A stretch of DNA of 64,000 nt from Isurus oxyrinchus (lineage: Eukaryota), in contig JANJGN010000036.1 of assembly GCA_026770705.1 (NCBI GenBank), positions 992,001 through 1,056,000 on the forward strand. The letters are read 5' to 3'. How positions within the stretch are numbered: the stretch's first letter is position 1; every line of letters starts with the position of its first letter. Below are positions 39,601-51,589 of the stretch, in pieces. The translations under genes and the position numbers were made by a program. A model generated the notes under the pieces. That model saw only the letters and a list, made by a program, of their open reading frames with translations, did not search any database and had not been told where the DNA came from.

Positions 39601-42599
39601 CATCCATATCAGCACAGTAGTATGAACCCGAGTCATTCACCTGGGCATTGCGAATTTCCAGAATCAACACATTTTCGCTGTGGCCATTTTTGGAAATAAA
39701 ATTATATTTGGCCCCCTGACAGGAGTGGCTATCAATTAGTTTCGGAGGTTCATCCACAAGTTGTTTGTACCAGGAATAGCTAGACACCGGTTCCAATTTG
39801 GAAATGAAGTGAGAGGTTAATTCCACCATTTCTCCAACTTCAGCTGTCAGTATGTAAGGTCTCTGAGACAGGGCTCGGATTCTGTAACTAGTGAGATTAT
39901 TGGTATATTACTATTGGTTATTGGGAGATTGAAAGCGGCCGCTTTAAAGGTCTTCACCTGTAATTTTACAAGTTACATCATTGTCTTTATTTATTGGTGA
40001 TTACATTAAGTCTCCAACTTGATTTCTTCGCTTTCTCAGAGGAACCAATAAATAAACTCACATCAACAGGTCAATTCCCTTCACCTGACCACTGGGTCCC
40101 ATTTTCAGCTTTGCAAACACTGATTCTTGCTGATTCTAGTATAAATTTTTCAGCTGCTTCCTACTCACCGTAAACCCTCAGCACTTGGAAAATGAGCATC
40201 TGAAATAAAGATTCCTTGGACATCTTGACACGGTGATATCTCCTTTTCTCTGTTCTCACCAATTTGTTTCTGCAGGCTGAGTGGCCGCAGACTGATCTGT
40301 GCTCAGTCCCAGTGAGTTGATCCCCCTTCAGATGCGATCCAATCTATAATGAGTTATGCTGTGGAAGGTATGATATCATTTTGGGTGCGCTGTCTTGGTG
40401 AATGTCACATACATTTGACATACTGTGGTCACCGTCTGTGCATTACAGGAGTCAAGTGACAGCATGCCTATAAAGAATTTTGTTGGGTGAAAGTTCGGGT
40501 GGTGGGGTGTGCGGGGCAACAGAACCAAACGGTATGAATGAATGCTGAATATTGCAGTTAAATACTGATTCAATCTCTGGATGTCAGAATTGCTGGCAAA
40601 AGCAGCATGCATTGCCCATCCCTAATTTCCCCTTGAGAAGGTGGTGGTGGTGAGCTGCCTCCTTGAACTGCTGCAGCTAATGTCGTGTAGGTACCCCCAA
40701 AATGCTGTTAGGGAGGGAATTCCAAGATTTTGACCTAGCGATAGTGAAGGAACATCCGATATATTTTCAAGTCAGTGTGGTGAGTGATTTGTTGGGGGCG
40801 GGGTGTGCGGTGCAGAGGCGGGGGTGGGGGAGATGTGGGGACGGGTGGTATCGGCAGGTTTGGTGAGTGGGGGCGCTTGCATTAATGGTATTCCCATGTA
40901 TATGCTGCACTTGTAATTGAAGTTTGCAGTTGTGACAGGTTTGGAAGGTGAACACCAGGAATCCAGAGTGTTATGTCAATGTGCTCAATATAATTCATCC
41001 TGTAAACAGTCTGTGCAAGATTCATGACAAAATCTGGTTAAGACAGAGACCAGAATATATTGAATGAAATGTATGTGATTTGATTTGAATTTTAAAAACT
41101 AGCATCTTATTTGACATAACACAAATTATGCAGAAATCTAACGTGGAATTCTAATTGAACAAAAAGAGTCATTCACAGCACTTATCGGGAATCTAAATGA
41201 AGAAAACTCTTTTCGAATTTTGTTCTAGTTCTTAATATGTCCCAGCACCGTCCTCCTTTCTATTAAGTCTCCCTGAGCAACTTTACGACTCACTTAATTT
41301 ATAATATAAAACGCCATTGGCGATTGATCTGAATTCAGTGTTCTGAGTTCATTGTAGAATTCATTTTACCAATGATTTATTGATTGACCCCGTGAAGGGA
41401 ATATCAAACAATCATACTTGTTGAATTTTGTATTGTGCTCTGAGCACGTTTACAACAGTTCAATGGAAAATTCACTGCAGTTATCAATTTAAAATTGCTG
41501 TTAATCTCCTTTGTTGTTACAGTTTACAGAGTTACATAGAATTTGCAGCACAGAAATAGGCAATTCGACCCGAATGCTCGTGCACGTGTTTATGCCCCGC
41601 ACGAGCTTCCTCCCACTCCCACTTCATCTCAGCCCAACAACATATCCTTCTATTCATTTCTCCCTCACGTTTAATCCAGCTTCCCACTTAAATTCAAATC
41701 TGCAAGAGCCTCATCCATTCCTTGTGGCAGAGTGTTCCACATTCTCCCCAAAGTCTGGGTGAAGAGGCTGCTCCTCAATTCCAGACTGGATTTATCTCAT
41801 ATTAATGACCCCATTACAGAGGACCATAGGAACACAGGGCTAGGCCATTGGGCCCTTCGAGCCTGGTCAACCATTCAATAAGATCATGGCTGATCTGGTA
41901 TTGGTCTCAACTCCACTTTCCTGTCTGCCGCCCATAGGCCTTGGATCCCTTGCCAAACAAAAATCCGTCTAATGCAGTCTTGAAAAAATTCAAAGGCCCA
42001 TCCACGACTACTTTCTTGGGAAGAGATTGCCACACACTAACGAACCTTTGGGCGAAAAAACATCTCACACGCTCTGCCTTAAAATGGAGACCTTTATTTC
42101 TGATCCATGCCCCTCGCTTTTGCTACAACAGGTATCATTCTCCGGGTATCCACCCTGTCAGGACCACTCAGGAACTTCTATGTTTAAATAAGATCACCTT
42201 TCATTTATTTAAATCTTAATGGGAATTCCTGAGTTCACCGGGATTCCCGATTAGATTTAAAGTTGTGAAATATTGTTGAAATCCTGCCGAAGTAGATTTA
42301 CCTTCATTAAGTCTGCCGGAATAAGCATTTTTATAATTTTAAAGACTTCGACAGATAATCACTCAATCTTCCACTTTTTCAGAGGTAAGGGTCCAAGCCG
42401 TTTCATTCTTTATTGATAGTTATAAGCTCTCAGTTCTGAGATCATCCTTGTGAAATATTAACTGCACCATTTCCAGGGCCTCTGTATCATTTCTAGGAAA
42501 TGCAGAAATGTTCTGTACTCCAACTGTGGCCTAACTAATGTGAGTACATACCTGCAAAACAGAGGGTGAGCGCGTGACAGCATTTTGAGCTGTAAGAGA

Positions 42600-42620
42600 C
42601 AGGAAAACCACACAGAGCTG
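42600..42620 (+). promoter_or_regulatory. ETS-RUNX composite motif upstream of A3
   Basis: CAGGAAAACCACA about 185 bp upstream of ATG 42787; conserved in A2. Confidence 0.45.
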
Positions 42621-42786
42621 TCTACCTCGGAACCATTTTCCAACCCCTATCATGTATCTATGAATAAACACAGAACGCCATTCAGTCTGCATGTTTCACA
42701 CGTAATTCACACTGAGAGAACGAATGCAAGTTCTCAGTGAGATTCGGATCGGGGGGTCAGAGTCTGACTGTCTGAAGTCACGGACA

Positions 42787-45700
42787 ATGAGCTTCCTCGC
42801 TGTGTGTGCATTGTCCCATCTCTTCCAGGGTAAGATATCTTAAAATGTTCAGATAGAGTGCAGAAGGGTTGGCATGGATTAAATTAGTAGAAACACTTTC
42901 CACTGGCAGGAGGCCTGGCAAACAGAGGGACACAGACTAAAGAGAATCGGCAGACAAGCAAATAGGCAGAGGGGGTGGGGGGGGGGCGGCGGAAGAGAAG
43001 ATTTTTCTTAATTAAGCGAGTTGTTGTTATCTGGAAGGCTCCGCCTGAAAAGACGATAGAAGCAGATTCAATAGGGACTTTCCAAAAGGAAATTGGATAA
43101 ATAATCGAAAGGGAAATATTTGCAGGGTTATGCGGAGAGGAGCAGGGTCAGAATGGGGGGTAACTGGTTAGATGTCCAAAAGTGCTAGCATCCTGAAGGG
43201 TTGAATGGCCTCCGGATGCACTGCGCATGTCTAGAAGATGCAGTTTAGTTATGAAGTTCAATGTAAAATGGAGCAAATGTACTCAATAACGTGCGAACTG
43301 TGCATCCGTCAGGAACAATGAATGGAATTAATCAGAAATCTAACCCCCCCGGGACAAAAGATGTGAGTTCCGTCCATCGACATTATTGGCGATTGAGAAG
43401 AGGTCAGAGGTTCAAATGGATCATTAGAGTGAGATATAATCTCTGGAACAAAATAAAATGCCCAAAGTTAAGGAGAAGAACAGAAAACGAAGCGAGGATG
43501 AGAGAAAAATAAAACAGGCCGAACATTTAGATTTGAAGCAGCTCTCTTAAGTTATTAACTTCACACAGTTCCGATTTGTGTATCCCAGTGATTAAACGAG
43601 GTTTACTGCTGAATGGGCTCGTCCTGTGACCTTGGAAACACAGGAATTAAACGGTGCAAACAACCGTTTGCTCCTGACTTATCGATATGAACTATATATT
43701 TTGTTTAAATTTATCTGCCTCCTCCCTATTGGGGTGTATTCGCCGGAGACTTGCTTCAGGAGAGAGGGTGTGCGAGTGCGCATTGGCGGGTTGCACCATA
43801 ACCTGAGGTGACTCTTGTTTATTTCTCTCTTACTCAGTTATTGTGTCCCAGCCCGTCTTGTCCCAGTCTCCGCGCATTCAGACACTCCCTGTGGGGAGTC
43901 CCGCTAAACTGAGCTGCCACACGGAGAGCTCCAAACCTGGAATCATCTTGTGGTTCAGACAGCGGGAGCGAAACGAAATGAAGCTGGTTTACACAGTGCA
44001 TAAGCACTTCCCAGCAGAAGGGAGGTTTTCCAGTGAGATTTATGAAAAAGCAGGATATTATTCACTGCTCATTGCGGACACCCAGAGAAATGATACCGGA
44101 ATGTATTACTGTGCCATGAACAGTCACCAGAACCAGACTTTAATATTCGGAAATGGCTCCCAGTTAGTGGTTACAGGTAAATTTCATCATTATTCCAGCG
44201 AATTGAGCATTTTTAGAGCAAGTAAAGATGTCTACATTGAACTGTTAATGGGTTGTCTGTTCCATTTGCCAAATCTAGAGGGCTCCCCGACCATATTCCT
44301 CCTCACCCCGCCAGAGGATGAGATTCCTTCGATGGAAAGGGTCCCGTTGCTTTGTTTGATCAGAGGCTTGTCTCCCGATACCTTTCCGGTTCGCTGGAAT
44401 GTTCCCACAAGGGATGCCGGCGGACAGAGTGATTCTGGAACAATTGAGACCGACGGGACTTACACCATCAGGAGTTACACCAGCCTCTCAGCCGAAACTT
44501 GGAGCAGCGGCGCTCTCTGTACTTGCGCCATTCAAATCAACTCCAGTGAAAATCTTCTTAGTACAAGTGTCTCATCTCAAAGAGGTAGCTGCTAACACTG
44601 ACCGTTTAACTACCTATTTAATGCTGATGGGAGTCTTTGTCAATTTTGTAAATTTGAATTGTACATCTTTCTGTGTGTATCCATGTGTAATGATTTTATC
44701 ACTGGCCTATCACAGATCTCTCAATCTTTCAGTGTTGAGCTTTCTGAAATTCTAAGTCCATCTGTTCTCTCCAGACCACAGAATTATGGATGCTCAGTCA
44801 TTGAGGTAGATTTTTGTACACTAAGGGAATAAAGGATGTGTACAGGGCAGGAAAGTGCAATTAATGTACCAAATCAACCGTGGTCTTATTGAATGGTGGA
44901 ACTCATTGAGGGGCCGAATGGTCTCCTGCTCCTATATCTTGTGTTCATGTGTCTGTCTAAGCATATTGATATGGTTGGATGCCACTGGATAATTTGTCAG
45001 TGTGTAAAATTGGAAAATATGATTACATTCCCAGTGTACCACTTCGTCTCACCATGCCTGTGTAAAATTATCTATTCATATCTCTGTCTGCTTAACATTC
45101 ACGATATTTCTTGATGTCTTAGTTAAACAGTGAGGTAAAAGATATCTTCACTATCTGCGTGACTATCTGTTGATCCTTTTATCCATCTCTCTTGCTCTGT
45201 ATCAATCAATCCATTCCTGTCCTTGTGCAGTTTAAGATAGCTGATATATTTGCCTGTCTGACAGTCTCTCTCTCTCTCCCTTTTTCTGCAACTCCCCATC
45301 TCTGTATTTAGCGGTTTCTCTCGCTGTTTATCTATTCACTTTCTGTCTGCCTCACGCTCTGTCTTTATTGATTCCTACATGTACACATATATCTTTCTAA
45401 CTCACTCTACCTCTGTTTATTTGCCTATTTCTATCCCCGTTAAATGGTATGTTCTAAGAGATCTGTGGCATTCATCTATCTTCCTGTCTCTTGATCTGTC
45501 GCCATCTTTCCCTTTCTCTCTTTTTCTCTTTCTGTCTTTATCGCGCTCTCGCTCTATCCTTTTCCATCCAATTAAACAGTTTGTTATAGTTATATGGTCT
45601 TTCTATTACACTCTCTTCATCGCCCAAACTCTCTCTGTCCAACTATCACTCGATCCAGCTCTCAATCCATCTCTCCATCCATCTCATACTCCAATTCTGC

Positions 45701-47835
45701 CACTCTCCTAATCTTCCGCTCTCGCTCCCCATCTCTACCCTACTTTCCTTCTCCCCCTCGGCACAGCTCTGTTCCTCCCTCTCTCTCCTATCGCCCATTT
45801 CTTCCTCTCTCCCCCAATCTATCCATTTCTCACTCCTCCCTCTCTCCTTCTCCCCCATCTCTCCCTCTCCCCCTCTCTCCCCAAACCTCCCTCTCTCGAA
45901 CTCTCCCTCTCTCCCCTACCCCCATCTCTCCCGCTCTTTATCTATCTGCCTATCTCTCTCTCTCTCACTCCCTCTCTCCATATCTCTCCCTCTCCTCCTC
46001 TATCCCCAACTCTCCCTCTCTCCACCAGCTCGCCTTGTCTCCACCATCCCTCCTTCTCTTCTCCATATCCCCATTTACCCCAGCTCTCCCTCACATCTCC
46101 CTCTCTCTGCATTTCTCTTCTCTCCCTCTCTATGCCCCTCTCTCCTTTGCTTCCCCTCCTTCCACCTCTCAATTCTCTCCTGCTCTTCAATTTTTTCTCT
46201 CCGTATTTCTATCCTAGTTAAGCAGTTTTCTCTAAGTGACCTGCTCCCTCGATCACTGTCTGTCCATCTGTCGGTGGCTTAATATTTCTTTGCTATTAAA
46301 ACAGTGCTTTGTCGACCACTCCCTGTCATTCTCCTTCTATCTCTCTTTCGTTATCTCTTTGTTTGTACCATTTAAATATTGTTCAAGAAGATCACTGCAC
46401 TCCCTCTGTTGCTTCCTCTCTCTCTTTCAGTCCCTATAAACAAGGCTCTGTCTGCCTCCCTTTCACACTTTCCCTCAGTGTGCTATTCAAACATCCTTGT
46501 TAAAGATCTCTGCTCCATCTCTCTTGTTATCATTCTCCCTCTCTCTCTCTCCATATTATATATATATATTTTTTTTTTGTCCAGTTTAAACATTCATTTA
46601 TAAGATCTCTGCTCTCTCTTCCATCCATCTTGCCATTTCTCTCTCTATCTCTTCCCCCTCTCTCTATCTCTTTCTACTTCTGTCAAGTTTCAACAATCTT
46701 CTAAAAGATCTGTGCTCTATTTCTGGATAATGAAATATGAAAAAATCTATTTCCGTCTCCAAGTGAAATCGCATGTTCAGAATTCACACTTTCCCCCCAA
46801 TTATTTAATTAATTTCATAAGCTTTCTTTTAAATGATAGTTTTTTTTTTTTGCAGAGTCTCTGCTCTTAGCCACCTGCCGTTTCCTGCTTCTTGGAGGTT
46901 TGGCGGCAGCTGCGCTTCTTCTTCTGGGGATGATCCTTGTTGCCAGGAGAAGGAGCTGCAGGAACCAGCAGACAGGTAGCGATTGTTGGGAGGCGCTGTA
47001 ACTCCGCGGCGCTCTCTATCTATCCATTTATCTGTGTATTGTTGACACTTTCAGCCAGTTCAGTGTCTAATGTAGCCACTAACACTCAGTTCAAATATTA
47101 CTTTCTAACAGGCAGCATGAATATAGATGAGGAAATGAAAGATTCCAGAGAACAACGAGAGAATAAAGAGGTAAAGGAATGGAACTGTTGTTGCCACTGC
47201 GCATGGATACATTTCACTGAATTGTAATCAAAGTTTTAAATTTCATAGTTACCCCGATGAATTTAGAAAGCATTGCATCGTGGGCACTACAGGATGTCAG
47301 AAACTAGGCTTCATTCCCTCTCGTGGGGAGGATTACTGGGTGATCTAATCGAGGGGATTCAAAATGATTAAAAGGTACAATCACGTGTATGGACAGAAAA
47401 CATTTTCTTTGGTGTTGAGTGTGTGGCGGGGTGGGGGGTGTGCCTGGCGTGTAGAACAGGAGGGCAGAACTTTAAGAATAACGCTAGGTCATTCAGGGTT
47501 GATGTCAGAAAGCACTAAGTCACACAAAGACGCATGGAAATCTAAAGCTCTCTCCCCTAAAAAGCTGATGAGGCTGCGAGATCAACTGGAAATGTCAAAA
47601 CTGAGATTGGTAGATTTTTGTTGGATACGAGGATCAAGGACTACGGAACCAAATTGGGCAGATGGAAATTATGATACAGATACGCCATGATCTATTTGAA
47701 TATACTGCAGGGTCCGAATGTCCTCCTCTTATTCCTATGACGATGGTGTTTGTTATATTAATAGGTTCTGTTTTTATTGCTTCTCCACAGACACTTTATG
47801 CCCGCTTGGCCTTTAAACAGGATCCCACACTCTGA
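42787..47835 (+). CDS. Type-A non-rearranging VJ-C1-TM Ig-superfamily receptor with ITSM-like tail, copy A3 (intact, 303 aa)
   Basis: Six phase-compatible GT-AG exons totalling 912 nt: leader 42787-42829 (MSFLAVCALSHLFQ), VJ 43838-44176, C1 44279-44584, TM 46856-46975 (ESLLLATCRFLLLGGLAAAALLLLGMILVARRRSC), cyt1 47112-47170, last 47791-47835 (TLYARLAFKQDPTL*). AATAAA at 48679-48684. Confidence 0.9.
43838..44176 (+). CDS. A3 VJ-type Ig variable-domain exon
   Basis: AKLSC...WFRQ...GRFS...YSLLIADTQRNDTGMYYC...IFGNGSQLVVT; canonical Cys/Trp/Cys plus the FGXG J motif in a single exon. Confidence 0.95.
44279..44584 (+). CDS. A3 C1-set Ig constant-domain exon
   Basis: PTIFLLTPP...PLLCLIRGLSPDTFPVRWNV...DGTYTIRSYTSLSAETWSSGALCTC; light-chain/TCR-like C1 pattern. 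Confidence 0.93.
45240..46680. repeat. CT-rich polypyrimidine tract in the C1-TM intron of A3
   Basis: Long degenerate (CT)n sequence. Confidence 0.88.
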
Positions 47836-48851
47836 TTGACGAGGAAAGAGAAATAGAGCTCACAGTCTTCTTCCCGAACATGGGGTGTTGCAGGAAGTTT
47901 CCTCTGTTGGGCGGGAAAGACCGAAAGTCCAACCGATGCAAACTCAGGCGCATTTTCGGTGCAATTCTGTGATGTTGCCCAAAGCATGAACTGAATAATC
48001 TTTTAATGCACGGTATTCCAAAGATGAATTATCGCCTGCAGTTCCACTCCAGCCATCCAGGTTTCTGTTATCTAGTTTATTATGGCATTCTGCATCTTTA
48101 TTCAATATGTCAGCAAGAAATTATTCAAGCAGGTTTTATAATGTATATGTGCTTGAGTTACCGACATATTAAAATAGATTTGAAAACCAAAGACAGCTCT
48201 GTGCTATCATTTTATTGTTCATTCAGAGCAGATGAGCCCAGGATATCCCTGAGGCCAATTTACAAACTCATGTTTAGAGCGAATGTAAGCAGGATAGAAG
48301 CAGGGTCAAGGACCGGCATTTACTGAATGGGGATGTAGGCTGCATTGATATGGAAGCTGTAGTGTTAGTGGACCCCCAGCCTTCACTGGTTGTGTCCTGG
48401 GAGGGAACAATATTACATTTACTTTTGAAAGAATATTATTGACAATCCATCTGCACTTTTGTTAATAAGATTTAATGCATTTTAACGACGAAAATCACTG
48501 GTTCAAGGCACTGAAAGCACAGGAGGAGGAATTTTGAACATCAGTCAAACGCGTGAGTAAATGTGATGTTTCACAGAGATGATGTAATCTATTTCCATGA
48601 CAACTTTCATTTCATCAATATTAAAAAGCTGGTTTTGGAAACCGTTGGTGCGCTGATTATCGGATATTTATGTTGATGAATAAACTCTGGTCTGCAGAAG
48701 GCCTTGTGAATCCTGTTTGTAGCAGATATGAACATTCCCAAATTAACAGTAATTTATTTTATTGTAAAGGTTCATTCTGCACAGATATTTCGAGAATTTG
48801 TCGAGATACTTATTACAAGACGCAAATGGGAAAGCTCATTCTGCTAAAGCA

Positions 48852-49737
48852 GTATGGAACCAAGGTGGGTAGATAGATGTTATGATACAGAATCGGCATG
48901 ATCTAAATGAAAAGACTGGAGGTGCTGAATGGTCTCCTCCTATCCCTTTGATGATGGTGTTTGTTATATTAATTGATTCGGTTTTTGTCGTTTCTCCACA
49001 GACACTTTATACCCGTTTGGCCTTTAAGGATATTGCTGCCCTTGAGGTGAATCGGAGGAGGTTCTTTCGATTGATTCCACAGATGGGGGGCTTGTCTTCT
49101 GAGGAGAGATTGAGCAGTTTAGGCCGATACTCGCTAGAGTTTAGAAGGGAGATAGAATATTGAATTGAGAAATACATGATGTAATGGGGTTAGACAAAGT
49201 ACACGTCGAGCGGATCTTTCCCCTTCTGGGGCATTCTTGAATGAAAGGCCATAGTTTTAGGCTAAGTGGTGGTAGATTTAAATCAGAGATGAGGAGGAAT
49301 TACTTTACATAAATTGTCGTGAATCTGTGGAATTGACTCCCTCAGAATGCAGTGAATGCTGGGACTCTGAATAAATGTAAGGAGGAGATAGGCAGATTTT
49401 TAATTAATAATGGGTTGAAAGATTATGGGGAGAGGGTGGAAAATTGGAATTGGGGATGAAATTAGATCAGCCATGATCACAATGAATGGCGGAACAAGCA
49501 GACTCGAGGGGCTGAATTGTCCACTCCTGCTCCTAGTTCCTATGTTCTCAGGAGGAGAGCACAATCTGCTGTAGAGAAAAGTGGGAGAGAGAACACAATC
49601 TGTTTCATGGACATAACGTGTTGGAGAAAGTTTCCTCTGTTCAGCGGAAAAGTCCAAAAACCCCACCGATGAAAATTCAGGCACATTCTTGGGGCGATTT
49701 TGTGATGTCACCCAAAACGTGAATTGAATAATCTCTT
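48852..49737 (+). other. Local duplicate of the type-A terminal exon region, interrupted by a CR1 fragment
   Basis: Acceptor tctccacag|ACACTTTATACCCGTTTG at 49002 (TLYTRLAFK). A CR1 3' piece occupies ~49030-49547, after which terminal-exon/3'UTR homology resumes. Confidence 0.8.
49030..49547 (+). mobile_element. CR1 LINE 3' fragment
   Basis: RRFFRLIPQMGGLSSEERLSSLGRYSLEFRR peptide and a cctagttcctatgttc tail. Confidence 0.85.
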
Positions 49738-49969
49738 AGGTAAAAGCAAAATACTCCGAAGGCTGGAAATCTGCAATGAAAACTAAAATAGCTGGAAAAA
49801 ATAAACACGTCTGACAGCATCTTCAGAAAGGAAGACAGTTAAAGTTTCGAGTCCGTATGCACACTCTTCAGAACATTTTAACATTTTAGCATTGTAGTCA
49901 TTGCGTAAATTGGTACAATTTAAGTTTGTTATGGACAAAGAAATAGCTCAGATTCAATAGACAAGTGAA

Positions 49970-50715
49970 TTATCTCTTAACTCGGTTAGTGCAGTAAGGA
50001 GAGATGATATCCTGGATGGAGCATCGAATGAAGTTTGTGGGTAGAGCTTACGGGTCAAAAAGGGGCAGCCACATTGTTAGGCTTTTATTATAGACCCCCA
50101 GATAGGGAGAAATTGAGAAGCAAATATGTGCATAATTTGTGGAGGAGTGTAAAAACAATAACAATAGGTTAAATATATTACATTAGGTGCCTTCAACTTG
50201 CCTAACATTTTTTGGGATAGACATAGTGTTACAGGCTTGGATGGAGCAGAGTTCCTGAAATGTGTACAGGACGACATTTTAGGTCAATATGTGCAGTGTT
50301 CAACAAGGGACGGGGCAGTGCTGGACCTAATTCTGGGGAACGAAGCCGTACAGGTGGCTGATGTGATGGTGAGGGAGCATTTTAGTATTTTAGTGATAGC
50401 GACCACAATATGGTAAAATTTAATCGTGTTGTGGACAAAAATGTAGACAAGTGGCGGAAGAAATGCTTTCGATTGGGGGAGAGCAGAATTTAGTAAAATA
50501 AGGCAGGATTTGGCAAAGGTAGACTGGTCACAGCTACTTGTGGGAAATCTATAGGGAAGCAGTGGGAGGTATTCAAAAAGGAAATGGGGATTAGACAGGC
50601 TCAACATGTTTCCATTAGAGTGATAGGAAGGAGTAACAAGCCCAGAGAGCCATGGATGACCAGTGATATTCAGGATACAATTAGAAGTAAACGGGAGGCT
50701 TTTGATAGGTTCAAG
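49970..50715 (+). mobile_element. CR1 LINE endonuclease-region fragment
   Basis: FNLPNIFW...AEFLKCVQD...TRDGAVLDLILGNE. Confidence 0.85.
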
Positions 50716-51589
50716 TGAAGCAAATCTCCTTCTAAACCTCAACTCCTCAGGTACAAAAAAGGGCAGCTGCCATTGAGGGAGAAACACCCACGCTGCTGCC
50801 ACCGGAGAAGGTGGTTGATGATCTCTATGATCTAATTCACATTCAGATTTGAGTATTTTTAAAGCGAATCTTCAATCAGCTCCGAGAATATTTGACGGAA
50901 AATAGTTCAGGAGACCTTCAAATTCAGAATTAAATTGTTTCAACTCCAAAGGGAGTAGGAAACCTTTAATTATGGATTATTGGATTTGAGCCGATTATCA
51001 GACTCTGACACTGTTCATTGGTATAATTACGTGTTGGTAAATAAACCTGATATAACAGCAGTGTTATTCTCCATCAATTATTTCTCCAAAAATATTTCCT
51101 TAAAGTGTATTCGTGGATCAGTCTGCGATTGAATCTGATTTAGCGATATTCCACCCATGTTGGATCTGTAGATAATTCAGGAAATTGTTGGTCCCTGTTT
51201 CGAGGTTATCACTATCATGAAAGATTGAACAGGCCGAGGCTCTTTTCTGTAGAAAAGTGGAGGCTGAGGGGGTGACCACATAGAAGTCTTCTCAATTAAG
51301 GTACTATTCGATAGGTTAGATATAAAGAGACGTTTCCACTTGTGAGAGCGAGGCCTGAACAAAGGGACCATTGTTATAAGACAGTCACTAAAAAATCCAA
51401 TGGGTATTCAGGAGAAACCTCTTTACCCAGAGAGTGGGGAGAATGTGGGACTCGCTCCCACAGGGAGTGGTCGAGGTGAATCACAGAGATGCACTCAAAT
51501 GGAAAGCTGGATCAACACCGGAGAGAGAAAGGAATAGAAGGATGTGCTGATGGGATGAGATGAAGGGGGGATGAGAGCAAATTAGTATC

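Larger units (their letters stand above)
33160..40223 (-). pseudogene. Type-B VJ-C1-TM receptor, copy B2 (disabled)
   Basis: Leader 40223-40169 (MSKESLFQMLIFQVLRVY); V 39881-39559 (4-nt deletion giving an early TGA; Cys->Ser, ELTSHF); C1 39469-39142 (frameshifted, 328 vs 330 nt); TM 38091-37990 (ERCNLAHSVVVTVLVILVLLLLLISIW); small exons near 37892-37862, 37632-37580 and 37161-37112; last 33240-33160 (TQGGHIYASLDLAALDKMSKKKVGRI*). Confidence 0.9.

Noticed and set aside
43992-43998. Perfect RSS heptamer CACAGTG in the A3 V exon (also 179-185 in A1)
   Set aside because: It lies mid-domain (YTV codons) with no ACAAAAACC-like nonamer at 12 or 23 bp; a coding coincidence.
43843-44595. 250-aa ORF read as a single-exon or rearranged Ig light chain or TCR gene
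   Set aside because: The ORF runs through a 102-nt GT-AG intron that is closed or out of frame in paralogs, and downstream TM and tyrosine-tail exons do not fit IgL or TCR.
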